Shown in pieces: positions 52,347 to 62,059 of a stretch of 64,000 nucleotides of DNA. The notes beneath the pieces are model-generated. The model searched no databases. It was not told the DNA's origin and saw nothing but the letters and a program-made list of their open reading frames with translations. The position numbers were made by a program, and so were the translations under genes. Positions within the stretch are counted from its first letter, which is position 1. Each line of letters starts with the position of its first letter. Origin of the DNA: Phycisphaerae bacterium (GTDB taxonomy: Bacteria; Planctomycetota; Phycisphaerae; SM23-33); NCBI GenBank assembly GCA_039683615.1, contig JBDKRA010000001.1, positions 25,958 to 89,957 on the forward strand. The letters are read 5' to 3'.

Positions 52347-53216
52347 ATGCCGGAGACTGCAACAGCCCAGCCGACGCTGGACCTGGTCGACGCCACTCGA
52401 TCCATGGTCATTCACCAGCTCCAACTGGGGCTGACCCCGATTGCGGCGGCGCCCGACTGGCAGTGTCTCATGCCCGGCAAGATGCTCCGCACGCGCCTGG
52501 TGGCGCGGCTGGTCGCCGCTCTCGACAGCGACGCAGCCACCGCGACGCTGCGGCGCGGGTGCGCGGCCATCGAACTGGTCCACACCGCCAGCCTCTGTCA
52601 TGACGACGTGATCGACGCCGGCGTGATCCGCCGCTCAATGCCCACGCTGTGGCAGCAGAGCGGCTGCTCGGCGGCCGTGCTGGTCGGCGACGTGCTGCTC
52701 TGCCGCGCCATCACGCTCATCGCCGCCATCGAGGGCGGACGACTGGTCAAGCCCTTCATCGAGGCCGTGACGGAAACCTGCGCCTCCGAGGCCCAGCAGG
52801 AACTCCTCTGCCGCAACCACGCCGGCGACGCGCAGACCTGCCTGAAACTGGCCCGCGGCAAGAGCGGAGCGTTCTTCGCCTTTGCCGCCTCGCTGGCCGG
52901 CGGAGGCGACGTCGCCCTCGCGGCCGCCCTGGGCGAAATGGGCTACTGCCTGGGAACCGCCTACCAGATCGGCGACGACCTGCTGGACATCGCCGGCAAC
53001 GAGCAGGAGTGCGGCAAGACCCTGGGCACTGACGCCGCCCGCAAGAAGCCCACGCTGGCGTCCATCGACCCCGACCTGGCCCGCCGGCACCTCGACGAGG
53101 CCTGGCGCAATGCCCTGGTCGCCGTCGCCCCATGGCCCGCCGCCGCGGCCGCCGTCGCCGAATTCCTCGAAGAAGACATCGCCCCGCTCATGGGCGCCCA
53201 GGGCCTGCCGGCATGA
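52347..53216 (+). CDS. Polyprenyl diphosphate synthase (trans-isoprenyl diphosphate synthase family)
   Basis: Two aspartate-rich motifs: LCHDDVIDAG (first DDxxD) and GDDLLD (second). Confidence 0.8.
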   Translation: MPETATAQPTLDLVDATRSMVIHQLQLGLTPIAAAPDWQCLMPGKMLRTRLVARLVAALDSDAATATLRRGCAAIELVHTASLCHDDVIDAGVIRRSMPTLWQQSGCSAAVLVGDVLLCRAITLIAAIEGGRLVKPFIEAVTETCASEAQQELLCRNHAGDAQTCLKLARGKSGAFFAFAASLAGGGDVALAAALGEMGYCLGTAYQIGDDLLDIAGNEQECGKTLGTDAARKKPTLASIDPDLARRHLDEAWRNALVAVAPWPAAAAAVAEFLEEDIAPLMGAQGLPA

Positions 53217-53496
53217 GGCCGATGATAAATTCAAGCGCGGGCAATGACGGCCGGCGGACTGAACTGCTGCCGTAACCATGCGTATAAATCATGTTCGCAC
53301 CGCAGTTTTCCCTTGATTGGGAAGCTTTCGCCGGGCCCTTTATCAGAGGCAGGTGCACAGATTGCCTCCTCTGGCCGATAACAAGGGAGGCACCGCGAGC
53401 GTGATAGGTGTACAATGATAGAGTCAGTCTGGGGCCTCGCAGCTTCGGACAGCACAGGAGAATTCGGCGCCCTGGCGGACGCCGGAAAAACAAGAA

Positions 53497-56031
53497 ATGT
53501 TTGAACGGTTCACCGAACGCGCAAGAAAAGTGATGGCCCTGGCCAACCAGGAAGCCCAGCGTTTCAATCACGAATACATCGGCACCGAGCACATCCTGCT
53601 GGGCCTGGTCAAGGAAGGTCAGGGCGTCGGCGCCAATGTGCTCAAGAACCTCGGCGTCGACCTGGCCAAGGTCCGCATGGAAGTCGAGAAGCTCGTAAAG
53701 ACCGGGCCCGACATGGTCACCATGGGCAAGCTGCCCCAGACACCCAAGGCCAAGAAGGTCATCGAGTACGCCATCGAAGAAGCCCACAATCTCAACCACA
53801 ACTACGTCGGCACCGAGCACGTGCTGCTGGGCCTCTTGCGAGAGCAGGAAGGCGTGGCCGCCCAGGTGCTGCTGAACCTCGGGCTCAAGCTCGAGGAAGT
53901 GCGCGACGAAGTGCTGCACCTGCTGGGCGCGGGCATGGAGCCCGAAGAGGAAGCCCAGCCCCAGGCCCCCCAAGGCGCTGCCGGCGAGGGCGGAACACGC
54001 CCCCGCGGCGGAAAGAGCAAGACCCCCGCCCTGGACAGCTTTGGCCGCGATTTGACCGAACTGGCCGTCGAGGGCAAGCTCGACCCCGTCATCGGGCGCA
54101 GCGACGAGATCGAACGCGTCATCCAGGTGCTCTGCCGCCGCACCAAGAATAATCCGGTGCTGCTGGGCGAAGCGGGCGTGGGCAAAACGGCCATCGTCGA
54201 AGGCCTCGCGCAGCGCATCGTCAACCGCGACATCCCGGACATCCTGGCCGACCGCCGAATCGTCGCCCTCGACCTGGCGATGATGGTAGCCGGCACCAAG
54301 TACCGCGGGCAGTTCGAGGAGCGCATCAAGGCCGTGATGAACGAAGGGCGCCGCGCGCACAACGTCAGCCTGTTCATCGACGAGATGCACACCCTCGTCG
54401 GGGCCGGCGGCGCCGAAGGCGCCATCGACGCGGCCAACGTGCTCAAGCCGTCCCTGTCGCGCGGCGAGATCCAGTGCGTCGGCGCCACGACGATGGACGA
54501 ATACCGCAAGCACATCGAGAAAGACGGCGCCCTCGAGCGGCGGTTCCAGACCATCATTGTCAACCCGCCCAACAAGGATCAGACCCTCGAGATCCTCAAG
54601 GGCCTGCGCGACCGATATCAGAAGCACCACCGCGTCGAGTTCACCACCCGTGCGCTCGAGCAGGCTGTCGAGCTTTCCGGCCGCTATATCACCGGACGCG
54701 TCCAGCCTGACAAGGCCATCGACGTGATCGACGAGGCCGGCGCGCGCGTGCGCCTCAAGACCATGACCAAGCCGCCAGATCTCAAGGGTCTCGAAGAGCA
54801 GATCGGCAACCTCCAGCGTGCCAAAGACGAGGCCGTCAAGAACGCCGATTACGAGCGGGCAGCCGAGCTGCGCGATGAGGCCGAAAAACTCCGCGAGACC
54901 GTCGAGCGCACCCAGAGCGAATGGGAGCACCGCGCCAGCCAGACCGCCGGCGTCGTCGACGAAGAAGTCGTCGCCGAGGTCGTCTCCAAGATGACCGGCG
55001 TGCCCCTGACGCGCCTGGAAAAAGAAGAGGCCCAGCGCCTGCTCGAACTGGAAAACGAACTGCACAAGCGCGTCGTCAGCCAGGACGAGGCCATCAAGAT
55101 CGTTTCCAAGAGCATCCGCCGCGCCCGCTCGGGCATGAAAGACCCGCGCCGGCCGATGGGCAGCTTTATCTTCGCCGGGCCCAGCGGCGTCGGCAAAACG
55201 CTGCTGTCCAAGGCGCTGGCCGAGTTCATGTTCGGCGACGACGAGGCCATTGTGCAGATCGACATGTCCGAGTACATGGAGAAGCACAATATCTCGCGCC
55301 TGATCGGCGCTCCGCCCGGATACGTCGGCTATGAAGAAGGCGGCCAGCTCACCGAGCGCATCCGTCGGCGGCCGTACTCGGTGGTGCTGCTCGACGAGAT
55401 CGAGAAGGCCCACCCCGACGTGTTCAACATGCTGCTGCAGATCATGGAAGAAGGCCAGCTCACCGACTCGTTCGGGCGGCGCGTCGACTTCCGCAACACG
55501 GTGCTGATCCTGACGACCAACATCGGCGCCGAGATGATCAAGAACCGCGGCGGCTTCGGCTTCGCCAAGCGCGACGAGGAAACGACGTACGAGAAGATGA
55601 AGGACATGCTCCACAAGGAAGTGGAACGCCACTTCCGCCCGGAGTTCCTCAACCGCCTGGACGACATCATCGTCTTCAAGAGCCTCAGCCGCGTGGACCT
55701 CGAGACGATCGTCGAATACGAACTGCGCAAGGTGCGCGACCGCCTGGGCGAGCGCGGGCTCGAACTCGAGCTCACCGAGCAGGCCAAGGAGTTCCTCATC
55801 GAGAAGGGCTACAACCCCGACTTCGGCGCCCGCCCGCTGCGGCGGAGCATCGAGCAGTACGTCGAGGACCCCATCAGCGAGGACATCCTTCGCGGCGTCT
55901 ACTCTGAGAAGACGAAGATCACCGTCACCGTCGCCGAGGGCGAAAAGCCCGAGGACAAACACCTGTACTTCGAGGGCAGCGGCGAGCGTCAACCGGAAGA
56001 AAAACCGCTCCCGCAACCTGCCAATCCGTAG
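53497..56031 (+). CDS. clpC: ATP-dependent Clp protease ATP-binding subunit ClpC (Clp/Hsp100, two AAA+ modules)
   Basis: 844 aa with N-terminal Clp_N repeats ([20 protein letters not shown]...), Walker A motifs GEAGVGKT and GPSGVGKT, and a UVR-like middle region. Confidence 0.95.
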   Translation: MFERFTERARKVMALANQEAQRFNHEYIGTEHILLGLVKEGQGVGANVLKNLGVDLAKVRMEVEKLVKTGPDMVTMGKLPQTPKAKKVIEYAIEEAHNLNHNYVGTEHVLLGLLREQEGVAAQVLLNLGLKLEEVRDEVLHLLGAGMEPEEEAQPQAPQGAAGEGGTRPRGGKSKTPALDSFGRDLTELAVEGKLDPVIGRSDEIERVIQVLCRRTKNNPVLLGEAGVGKTAIVEGLAQRIVNRDIPDILADRRIVALDLAMMVAGTKYRGQFEERIKAVMNEGRRAHNVSLFIDEMHTLVGAGGAEGAIDAANVLKPSLSRGEIQCVGATTMDEYRKHIEKDGALERRFQTIIVNPPNKDQTLEILKGLRDRYQKHHRVEFTTRALEQAVELSGRYITGRVQPDKAIDVIDEAGARVRLKTMTKPPDLKGLEEQIGNLQRAKDEAVKNADYERAAELRDEAEKLRETVERTQSEWEHRASQTAGVVDEEVVAEVVSKMTGVPLTRLEKEEAQRLLELENELHKRVVSQDEAIKIVSKSIRRARSGMKDPRRPMGSFIFAGPSGVGKTLLSKALAEFMFGDDEAIVQIDMSEYMEKHNISRLIGAPPGYVGYEEGGQLTERIRRRPYSVVLLDEIEKAHPDVFNMLLQIMEEGQLTDSFGRRVDFRNTVLILTTNIGAEMIKNRGGFGFAKRDEETTYEKMKDMLHKEVERHFRPEFLNRLDDIIVFKSLSRVDLETIVEYELRKVRDRLGERGLELELTEQAKEFLIEKGYNPDFGARPLRRSIEQYVEDPISEDILRGVYSEKTKITVTVAEGEKPEDKHLYFEGSGERQPEEKPLPQPANP

Positions 56032-56054
56032 ACAGAAAAGTCTGAACGAGAGAA

Positions 56055-56086
56055 GGCACGGGCGTAGAACCCCGTGCCTTTTTTCA
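56055..56086 (+). terminator. Intrinsic terminator after clpC
   Basis: GGCACGGGCGTAGAACCCCGTGCC followed by TTTTTTC. Confidence 0.7.
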
Positions 56087-56136
56087 TTCCGCTACGCCGC
56101 AAGCGCGGCGGGAGGAGATTCTCGCTGCTATGACGG

Positions 56137-57267
56137 TCACCGCATCGGGTATCGCCCGCGCTCTTTGACCAGCTTGACCATATAGTCGTACGTCGATGCG
56201 GCTACGTCGCTGGGGACGGAGTGGTCGGACTGGATGATATAACCGCCGCCTTTGCCCGCGGCGAGTTTGCGCAGAACTTCGGCTTTGACCTTCTCGCGGT
56301 CGTTCGTCGCCAGCACCCGCGCGTCGATGTTGCCGCAGAAGCCCAGGCGGCCGGCGTACTGCTTCTTGAGCTCCACCACGTCCAGGCCGGCTTTGACTTC
56401 CAGCGGATTGTACATGTCCACGCCGGCGTCGATCATGTCTTCGTACACCGCCCGCGCGTCGCCGCAGCCGTGATAGATCACCTTAAGACCCGCGGCGTGG
56501 ATCGCCTCGCAGATGCGGGCCAGTTGCGGCTGGTACACCTGCCGCCAGTACTGCGGCGAGAAAAACATCCCATGGTCGTACGCCACGTCGCCCCATACGT
56601 ACAGGCCCGAGAGCCTGCCCCTGGCGGCCGCGATCTGCCCCTCGACCAGCCCGACGGCAAAATCGCCGATTCGCTTGATGAACCTGGCCATGCGGTCGGG
56701 CTCCTCGGCGATCTTGATCAGCGCGTTCTCGGTGCCGACGATGCGCCAGAGCATCTCGTGCGGCTCGCACACGCCGCCGAAGACGCAGAAGTCGTCGGCG
56801 TAGCTGTTGAGCCGGTCGATCCACGAAGGCAGGCCCAGGTTCAGTTCGTCGCCGACGGCATTGAGCTGGTCGTCGATGGCCTCAAAGTACCGCCGCGGAT
56901 CCTTGGGGTCGTCGAAGACCAGCGCCTCCATCTGCTCGAAGCTCTGTGTTTCAAAGCTCTCGAAGTGCGGCATGGGGTATGTGCTCTTGCGGACGATGGT
57001 CGCCCCGAAGCCCGTCCGCACGCGCTTGTGTTCGGACGTGTCCTCGAGCACCTCGATGCCGCTGATGTGCGGGTCCATGTTGGGATTGACGATCACCAGG
57101 TCCAGGTCCCAGTAGCGGTACGGGTCGAAGTCGGTCCCGACGCCCAGCTCGCTGCGGCAGCGGCGGATGAAGTTCGTCCAGAACGCGTCGCTGATGGGCA
57201 CGCGGTCGCCCTGGCGATGTTCGATAGCCGCTATCACGCGATCGATCTTGTTCTGCCTGCTGTCCAT
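56137..57267 (-). CDS. Uroporphyrinogen decarboxylase (URO-D) family protein (MtaA/CmuA-like)
   Basis: 376 aa, a URO-D-like TIM barrel (…IYHGCGD…, …HSVP…). Confidence 0.75.
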   Translation of the reverse strand: MDSRQNKIDRVIAAIEHRQGDRVPISDAFWTNFIRRCRSELGVGTDFDPYRYWDLDLVIVNPNMDPHISGIEVLEDTSEHKRVRTGFGATIVRKSTYPMPHFESFETQSFEQMEALVFDDPKDPRRYFEAIDDQLNAVGDELNLGLPSWIDRLNSYADDFCVFGGVCEPHEMLWRIVGTENALIKIAEEPDRMARFIKRIGDFAVGLVEGQIAAARGRLSGLYVWGDVAYDHGMFFSPQYWRQVYQPQLARICEAIHAAGLKVIYHGCGDARAVYEDMIDAGVDMYNPLEVKAGLDVVELKKQYAGRLGFCGNIDARVLATNDREKVKAEVLRKLAAGKGGGYIIQSDHSVPSDVAASTYDYMVKLVKERGRYPMR

Positions 57268-57375
57268 GAGTTTGGCTCCGCTAGAACCGGCTGATCGGCG
57301 GCAATAATAATGGCAAACGCCGCGTCCGCCAATCCATTAGCGGGCGGGTGCGAGTGCGGCCCCCGGATGCGTCAG

Positions 57376-57421
57376 CCAAAGAAAGCCGCCGGCAGCGGCA
57401 ATGCCAGTCGCTGTCGGCGGC
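57376..57421 (-). terminator. Intrinsic terminator after the Tyr-rich peptide gene
   Basis: Minus strand: GCCGCCGACAGCG-loop-CGCTGCCGGCGGC followed by TTTCTTTGG. Confidence 0.55.
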
Positions 57422-57448
57422 TTGAATCAGAACTTCGACCGTCGCCGC

Positions 57449-57802
57449 TTAGCGGTGGTGATGACCACCGCGGTGACCGCCGTAATGGCCGCCGTAATGA
57501 CCGCCATAATAGTAATTCCCGTACGTCCGCGGATAATAATACCCGTACCCGTAGCTGGGGCTCGCGGCGTAAGGGTAGCTCTGGTAGTACGAGTAGGGGT
57601 AATAGGAAGAATATGGGTAGTAGCTATACCCCTGCGAATAGGGGTAATAAGAATAGGGAGCGTAATACCCGTATCCTCCGCCGTTGCCGATGCCAAAGCT
57701 GATGCTGAACGCATTACTCGGGGTCGGCATCAACGCCACAACCGCTACCGCCGCCAGAGCTCCGATGAGCAGCTTATTCTTATTGGACACCATCGTTTTC
57801 AC
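57449..57802 (-). CDS. Secreted Tyr/Gly/Pro/Ser-rich low-complexity peptide with a His-rich C-terminus
   Basis: 117 aa: a signal peptide (MKTMVSNKNKLLIGALAAVAVVALMPTPSNA), then YYPYS/YGYGYY repeats (about 30% Tyr), ending GGHYGGHYGGHRGGHHHR. Strong RBS (GAGAGGGAGAAAG). Divergent from the ECF sigma operon. Confidence 0.6.
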   Translation of the reverse strand: MKTMVSNKNKLLIGALAAVAVVALMPTPSNAFSISFGIGNGGGYGYYAPYSYYPYSQGYSYYPYSSYYPYSYYQSYPYAASPSYGYGYYYPRTYGNYYYGGHYGGHYGGHRGGHHHR

Positions 57803-58098
57803 CTGATCTTTCTCCCTCTCTACATTCTATGTTTGTTGGCTGCGAGCCATTGCCTATTGAGCTTGTGGCCGCCGGCGCGGGGCGGTTACAGCCGGGGCAA
57901 AAACTAGCGGAAAAATTCCTCCGCGGCGATGTAACCCTTAGGCCCCAGCGGCTACAAGCTCTGTGAGGAGTTGTCCGATGACGGTCAACCGCAAAACCCG
58001 GATTGCGATAAGCCCCGACGACATCGCGGCCGCCGGGAGGATGGTCAACGGGCGTTTGTCATGGACAGCAGGCCCGGCGGCGGAGATAGTAGTGTTCG

Positions 58099-58647
58099 AT
58101 GGAACCGGGAGACTTGCAGGATATTCAGGCGACGTTGGCCGGGCAGCGGGACGCGTACGCGCGCCTCATCAGGCGGCATCAGAATGCCATTGCCGCCAGG
58201 ATGTGGCATTTTACCCGCGACAAAAATCAGCTTGAAGAGCTGGTGCATGACGTGTTCGTGGAAGCATATGTGAGTTTGAAAAGTTATCGAGGAACGGCGC
58301 CGTTCGTTCACTGGCTCAACCGGATCGCCACCCGCGTGGGATACCGCCACTGGAAAGGCCAGGATCGCAAGCGTCAGACCGTGTCGCTGGAAGACTGGGA
58401 CGCCCCCAAGGCCGACCAGGCCGATCCGGCCGCGGCCGACGAGGCCGCCGAACTGCTGCACAAGGTGCTGGCGCAGTTGCCCACGCGGGACCGGCTGGTG
58501 CTGACGCTGATGTACCTCGAAGAACTGCCCGTCAGCGAAGTGGCTCATCGCACCGGCTGGAGTCAGACGATGGTAAAGGTGCAGGCCCACCGGGCGCGCG
58601 GCAAGCTCAGGGCGTTGCTGGACAAGATGGGCGTCGAAAACCTATAA
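58099..58647 (+). CDS. RNA polymerase sigma-70 factor, ECF subfamily
   Basis: 182 aa with region 2 (...ELVHDVFVEAY...) and region 4 (...LYLEELPVSEVAHRTGWSQTMVKV...) typical of ECF sigma factors. Confidence 0.85.
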   Translation: MEPGDLQDIQATLAGQRDAYARLIRRHQNAIAARMWHFTRDKNQLEELVHDVFVEAYVSLKSYRGTAPFVHWLNRIATRVGYRHWKGQDRKRQTVSLEDWDAPKADQADPAAADEAAELLHKVLAQLPTRDRLVLTLMYLEELPVSEVAHRTGWSQTMVKVQAHRARGKLRALLDKMGVENL

Positions 58648-58667
58648 CACAAGAGGCGGAGGATATT

Positions 58668-58934
58668 ATGAACGACAACCTGACAATTCGGGAGCTGGCC
58701 GGGCGGGCCAGGCTCAGCGGCCCGCCTCTGGTCGATGTGGTGGCCTGGGTGATGGCCGATCTGCCCGCCCCGGTCGCGGCGGTCGTACCCCTGTTCAGCC
58801 GGCGGATGATCTGGAGTTTCGCCGGCGCTGCCGCCGCCGTGGCGGCTGCGGTACTGGTGGCGGCGATCTTCTTGTCCCCCACCGGGACCGACGCTATCGC
58901 AGATCTATTTGACCCGATCATGAAGGTGGTCTAA
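58668..58934 (+). CDS. Putative anti-sigma factor (small, single-TM)
   Basis: 88 aa directly downstream of the ECF sigma, with an N-terminal anti-sigma-like helix region then a TM helix (SFAGAAAAVAAAVLVAAIFL). Confidence 0.5.
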   Translation: MNDNLTIRELAGRARLSGPPLVDVVAWVMADLPAPVAAVVPLFSRRMIWSFAGAAAAVAAAVLVAAIFLSPTGTDAIADLFDPIMKVV

Positions 58935-59417
58935 ATGAACGGCGTGCAGAAATCCGAACGTGATGCATTGCGACCATCCGCCAAGGTCCGCATCGGCCCG
59001 GCACTGGCGCTGTGTGCGGCCATCATGCTGGCCGGCGTGGCCATCGGCGTGGGGATCTCGGCGATCTTTCCCTTTGTGCCCGGGATGTTCGGGCCCTCCA
59101 GGGGCGCCCCCCGTTCGTTTGAAGACATGTGCGACCGCTACATGACCCGCCTCGACAGCGAAGTGGGCCTCACCAGCCAGCAGAACAAGCAGATCCGGCC
59201 CATCATCGAAACCCATGTCCGGGAGTTGATGAAGATCCGCGAGCAGATCCGCCCGGAACTGGTCCAGGAGACCCGGCAGCTCGACGCCCAGATCCGCCCG
59301 CTCCTGACGCCCCAGCAGTTGCCGGCGTGGCAGAAGTATTATGACGAGCGCCTCAAACGATGGAGCGACCGCACCCCCGAAACTCAACCCGCCGCCGAAA
59401 CCGCCCCGGCGCCGTGA
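58935..59417 (+). CDS. Periplasmic LTXXQ-motif protein (CpxP/Spy-like)
   Basis: 160 aa with an N-terminal TM/signal and two LTxxQ motifs (LTSQQNKQI, LTPQQLPAW). The start abuts the anti-sigma stop (TAAATG). Confidence 0.6.
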   Translation: MNGVQKSERDALRPSAKVRIGPALALCAAIMLAGVAIGVGISAIFPFVPGMFGPSRGAPRSFEDMCDRYMTRLDSEVGLTSQQNKQIRPIIETHVRELMKIREQIRPELVQETRQLDAQIRPLLTPQQLPAWQKYYDERLKRWSDRTPETQPAAETAPAP

Positions 59418-59437
59418 GGGGTTGCGGCTCAGGTTCC

Positions 59438-59552
59438 AGGAGAACACGACTGTCACGAATCGGACGAATGAGCACGGGGAGTTCTGGACAAGTCGTTATC
59501 TTCGTTTCTTCTTTGACCAATTCGTTTCATTCGTGACATTCGTGTTCTCTTG
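59438..59552. mobile_element. MITE-like element, family A, copy 3
   Basis: GGAGAACACGACTGTCACGAATCGGACGAATGAG...CAATTCGTTTCATTCGTGACATTCGTGTTCTCTTG, with the same terminal inverted repeats as copies 1 and 2. Confidence 0.65.
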
Positions 59553-59632
59553 CGGATTGAGCCAAATGCCCCTTGCGTTGCACGCCGCCAGCGGTAACTA
59601 TGTCAGCGCTGCTTAACTCAGGAGACGCAGAC

Positions 59633-60403
59633 ATGTTGACAGATCCCTTCAATCTTTCGGGAAAGGTCGCGATGGTCACCGGCGCCGGGCAGGGGCTCGG
59701 GTATGAGATGGCTCTGGCGCTGGCCAACGCCGGGGCCGATATCGTCATCGCCGAAGTGAACGACGCCACCGGCGAAAAGGCCGCAAGCGACATCGAAGAC
59801 CTCGGCCGCGAGGCCCTGTTCCTCCACATGGACGTCACCGACGCCGCCAGCGTCAACGCGGCCGTCGACGCGGTCATCGAGCGGTTCGACACCATCGACG
59901 TGCTGGTCAACAACGCCGGGATCGTGCAGTGGGACCGCGCCGAAGACGCCAAGCTCGAAGACTGGCACCGCGTGATGAACGTCAACCTTAACGGCGTGTT
60001 CATCACCAGCCAGGCCGTCGGCAGCGAGATGCTCGAGCGCGGCGGCGGATCGATCATCAACATCGCCTCGATGTCCGGGTCCATCGTCAACGTCCCGCAG
60101 TGCCAGGCGTCGTACAACGCCTCCAAGGCGGCCGTCGTCCACCTGACCAAGTCGTTGGCCGTCGAGTGGGCGCCCCGCGGCGTGCGCGTCAACTCGATCT
60201 CCCCGGGCTACATGGCCACGCCGATGGCTCAGCCGTTCTTCGCCGACCCGCAGTTCGGCGGCGTGTGGATGGAACGCATCCCGCTGGCCCGCCCCGGCCG
60301 CCCCGAAGAACTAGGCCCGGCCGTCGTCTTCCTGGCCTCCAACGCCTCAAGCTACATGACCGGCTCGGACCTGATCATCGACGGCGGGTATACCTGCCTG
60401 TAA
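59633..60403 (+). CDS. SDR-family oxidoreductase (classical short-chain dehydrogenase)
   Basis: 256 aa with the TGAGQGLG cofactor motif, NNAG, and the catalytic S...YNASK triad. The track ORF begins at 59573; the start was set at MLTDPF, which has a GGAGA RBS. Confidence 0.85.
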   Translation: MLTDPFNLSGKVAMVTGAGQGLGYEMALALANAGADIVIAEVNDATGEKAASDIEDLGREALFLHMDVTDAASVNAAVDAVIERFDTIDVLVNNAGIVQWDRAEDAKLEDWHRVMNVNLNGVFITSQAVGSEMLERGGGSIINIASMSGSIVNVPQCQASYNASKAAVVHLTKSLAVEWAPRGVRVNSISPGYMATPMAQPFFADPQFGGVWMERIPLARPGRPEELGPAVVFLASNASSYMTGSDLIIDGGYTCL

Positions 60404-60517
60404 AGAGAGTTGTGAGTTGGCGGCCTGTCTGCTCGGAAACTCTCGCGTGGTTTGGTTGTTCAATGAAAGTGGCGCTTCTATTGTTGCCGCGTGAACTGAT
60501 CCGGAAAGGAAAGATCC

Positions 60518-61948
60518 ATGCTGAGAAAATCTCTTGTCGCTCTGACCTGCCTTCTGGCTGTTTCCTCTGCCGCTCTGGCCGCCGGCGAACTCAAGCTGCC
60601 GGCGATTATCTCCGACCACATGGTGCTCCAGGCCGACAAGGCCGCCCCGATCTGGGGATGGGCGGCGGCCGACGTCAAGGTGACCGTCAGCTTCGCCGAT
60701 CAGAAACTCACGGCTGCTGCCGATAAGGATGGCAAGTGGAGCGTCGAGTTCAAAGGCCTCAAGGCCGGCACTGCCGGCAAGCTCGTCGTTTCGGCGGGCG
60801 AGAAGTCCATCACCGTCAACGACGTGCTGGTGGGCGAGGTCTGGCTGGGCAGCGGGCAGTCCAACATGTGGTGGCGCGTCTCTCAGGCGGCCAACGCCAG
60901 AGCCGAGGCGGCTGTGGCCAAGTATCCGCAAATTCGCATGTTCACGGTCAAGCAGGCCGGATCGCCCGCTCCTGCCGCCGACTGCGCCGGGAGTTGGGAA
61001 GTCTGCACCCCCCAGACCGTGTTGGGATTCTCGGCGACGGCGTATTATTTCGGCCGCGATCTGCACAAGGCCCTCAAGCAGCCCGTCGGGCTGATCAACT
61101 CATCCGTCGGCGGCACGCCGATCGAGTCGTGGCTGCCCGCGGCGCCCAAAGCCGACGACGCCAAAGCCGATGAACCCAAGGCCACCCCCGCTCCGCGCAA
61201 GGCCACACCCAAGGCCGCCAAAGCGCGCAAGCGCAGCGCCGGCGGCGGCGACTTGTACAACGGCATGATGGCCCCGCTCGCGCCCTACGGCCTGCGCGGA
61301 TTCCTGTGGTACCAGGGCGAATCCAACGCCGGAAACGGCAAGCTCTACGTCTCGCAACTGGCGACGCTGATCAAGAGCTGGCGCGACGCATGGAGCGACG
61401 AGACGGCATTCTTCCTGACCGTGCAGCTTCCCAACTTCCAGGCGCCGCAGAAACAGCCAGTCGAGAGCAGCGGCTGGGCGATGGTGCGCGAAGCCGAGCT
61501 CAAGTCCCTGACCCTGCCCAACACCGGTATCGCCGTCACCATCGACATCGGCGAGGCCGGCAACATTCATCCCAAGAACAAGCAGGACGTCGGCAAGCGC
61601 CTGGCCCTGTGGGCATTGGCGACGGTCTATGACAAGAAACTGACCTACTGCGGCCCGCTGTACAAGTCCATGGCCGTCGAGGGCGACAAGATCGTCCTGA
61701 GCTTCGATCACATCGGCGGCGGCCTCGCCGTCCAGGGCGGCGGCAAGCTAAAGGGCTTCGCCGTGGCCGGCGAAGACAAGAAGTTCGTCTGGGCCGATGC
61801 GACGATCACCGGCGACACCGTCGTCCTGACGGGCGTCAAGAACCCCAAGGCCGCCCGCTACGCCTGGGCCAATAACCCCGACTGCAACCTGGTCAACAAG
61901 GACGCCCTGCCCGCCTCGCCCTTCCGAACGGACGACTGGGAGCAATAA
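60518..61948 (+). CDS. Sialate O-acetylesterase-like SGNH/DUF303 carbohydrate esterase
   Basis: 476 aa with a signal peptide, catalytic GEVWLGSGQSNM, and a Lys/Ala/Pro-rich inserted linker. Confidence 0.8.
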   Translation: MLRKSLVALTCLLAVSSAALAAGELKLPAIISDHMVLQADKAAPIWGWAAADVKVTVSFADQKLTAAADKDGKWSVEFKGLKAGTAGKLVVSAGEKSITVNDVLVGEVWLGSGQSNMWWRVSQAANARAEAAVAKYPQIRMFTVKQAGSPAPAADCAGSWEVCTPQTVLGFSATAYYFGRDLHKALKQPVGLINSSVGGTPIESWLPAAPKADDAKADEPKATPAPRKATPKAAKARKRSAGGGDLYNGMMAPLAPYGLRGFLWYQGESNAGNGKLYVSQLATLIKSWRDAWSDETAFFLTVQLPNFQAPQKQPVESSGWAMVREAELKSLTLPNTGIAVTIDIGEAGNIHPKNKQDVGKRLALWALATVYDKKLTYCGPLYKSMAVEGDKIVLSFDHIGGGLAVQGGGKLKGFAVAGEDKKFVWADATITGDTVVLTGVKNPKAARYAWANNPDCNLVNKDALPASPFRTDDWEQ

Positions 61949-61950
61949 CC

Positions 61951-62042
61951 GTGTCGCGGACCTCTCGTCCGCGCGTGGCGAAGGCGTCTCGCCTTCGCCT
62001 GAGCGTTTGTTTTTGCTCCGCGGGCGAGACGCCCGCGGCACG
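61951..62042. repeat. REP-like hairpin cluster, with a terminator-like hairpin, between the esterase and aldo-keto reductase genes
   Basis: GTGTCGCGGACCTCTCGTCCGCGCGTG; GGCGAAGGCGTCTCGCCTTCGCC then TTTGTTTTT; CCGCGGGCGAGACGCCCGCGGCACG. Confidence 0.7.
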
Positions 62043-62059
62043 ATGAATGAGGATCTGCA

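Noticed and set aside
53188-56016. 942-aa minus-strand ORF
   Set aside because: Antisense to the unmistakable clpC gene. Similar long antisense ORFs (28368..30968, 25066..26829, 24639..25601, 36372..38639, 45040..46983, 17733..19004, 33498..35171) were rejected for the same reason.
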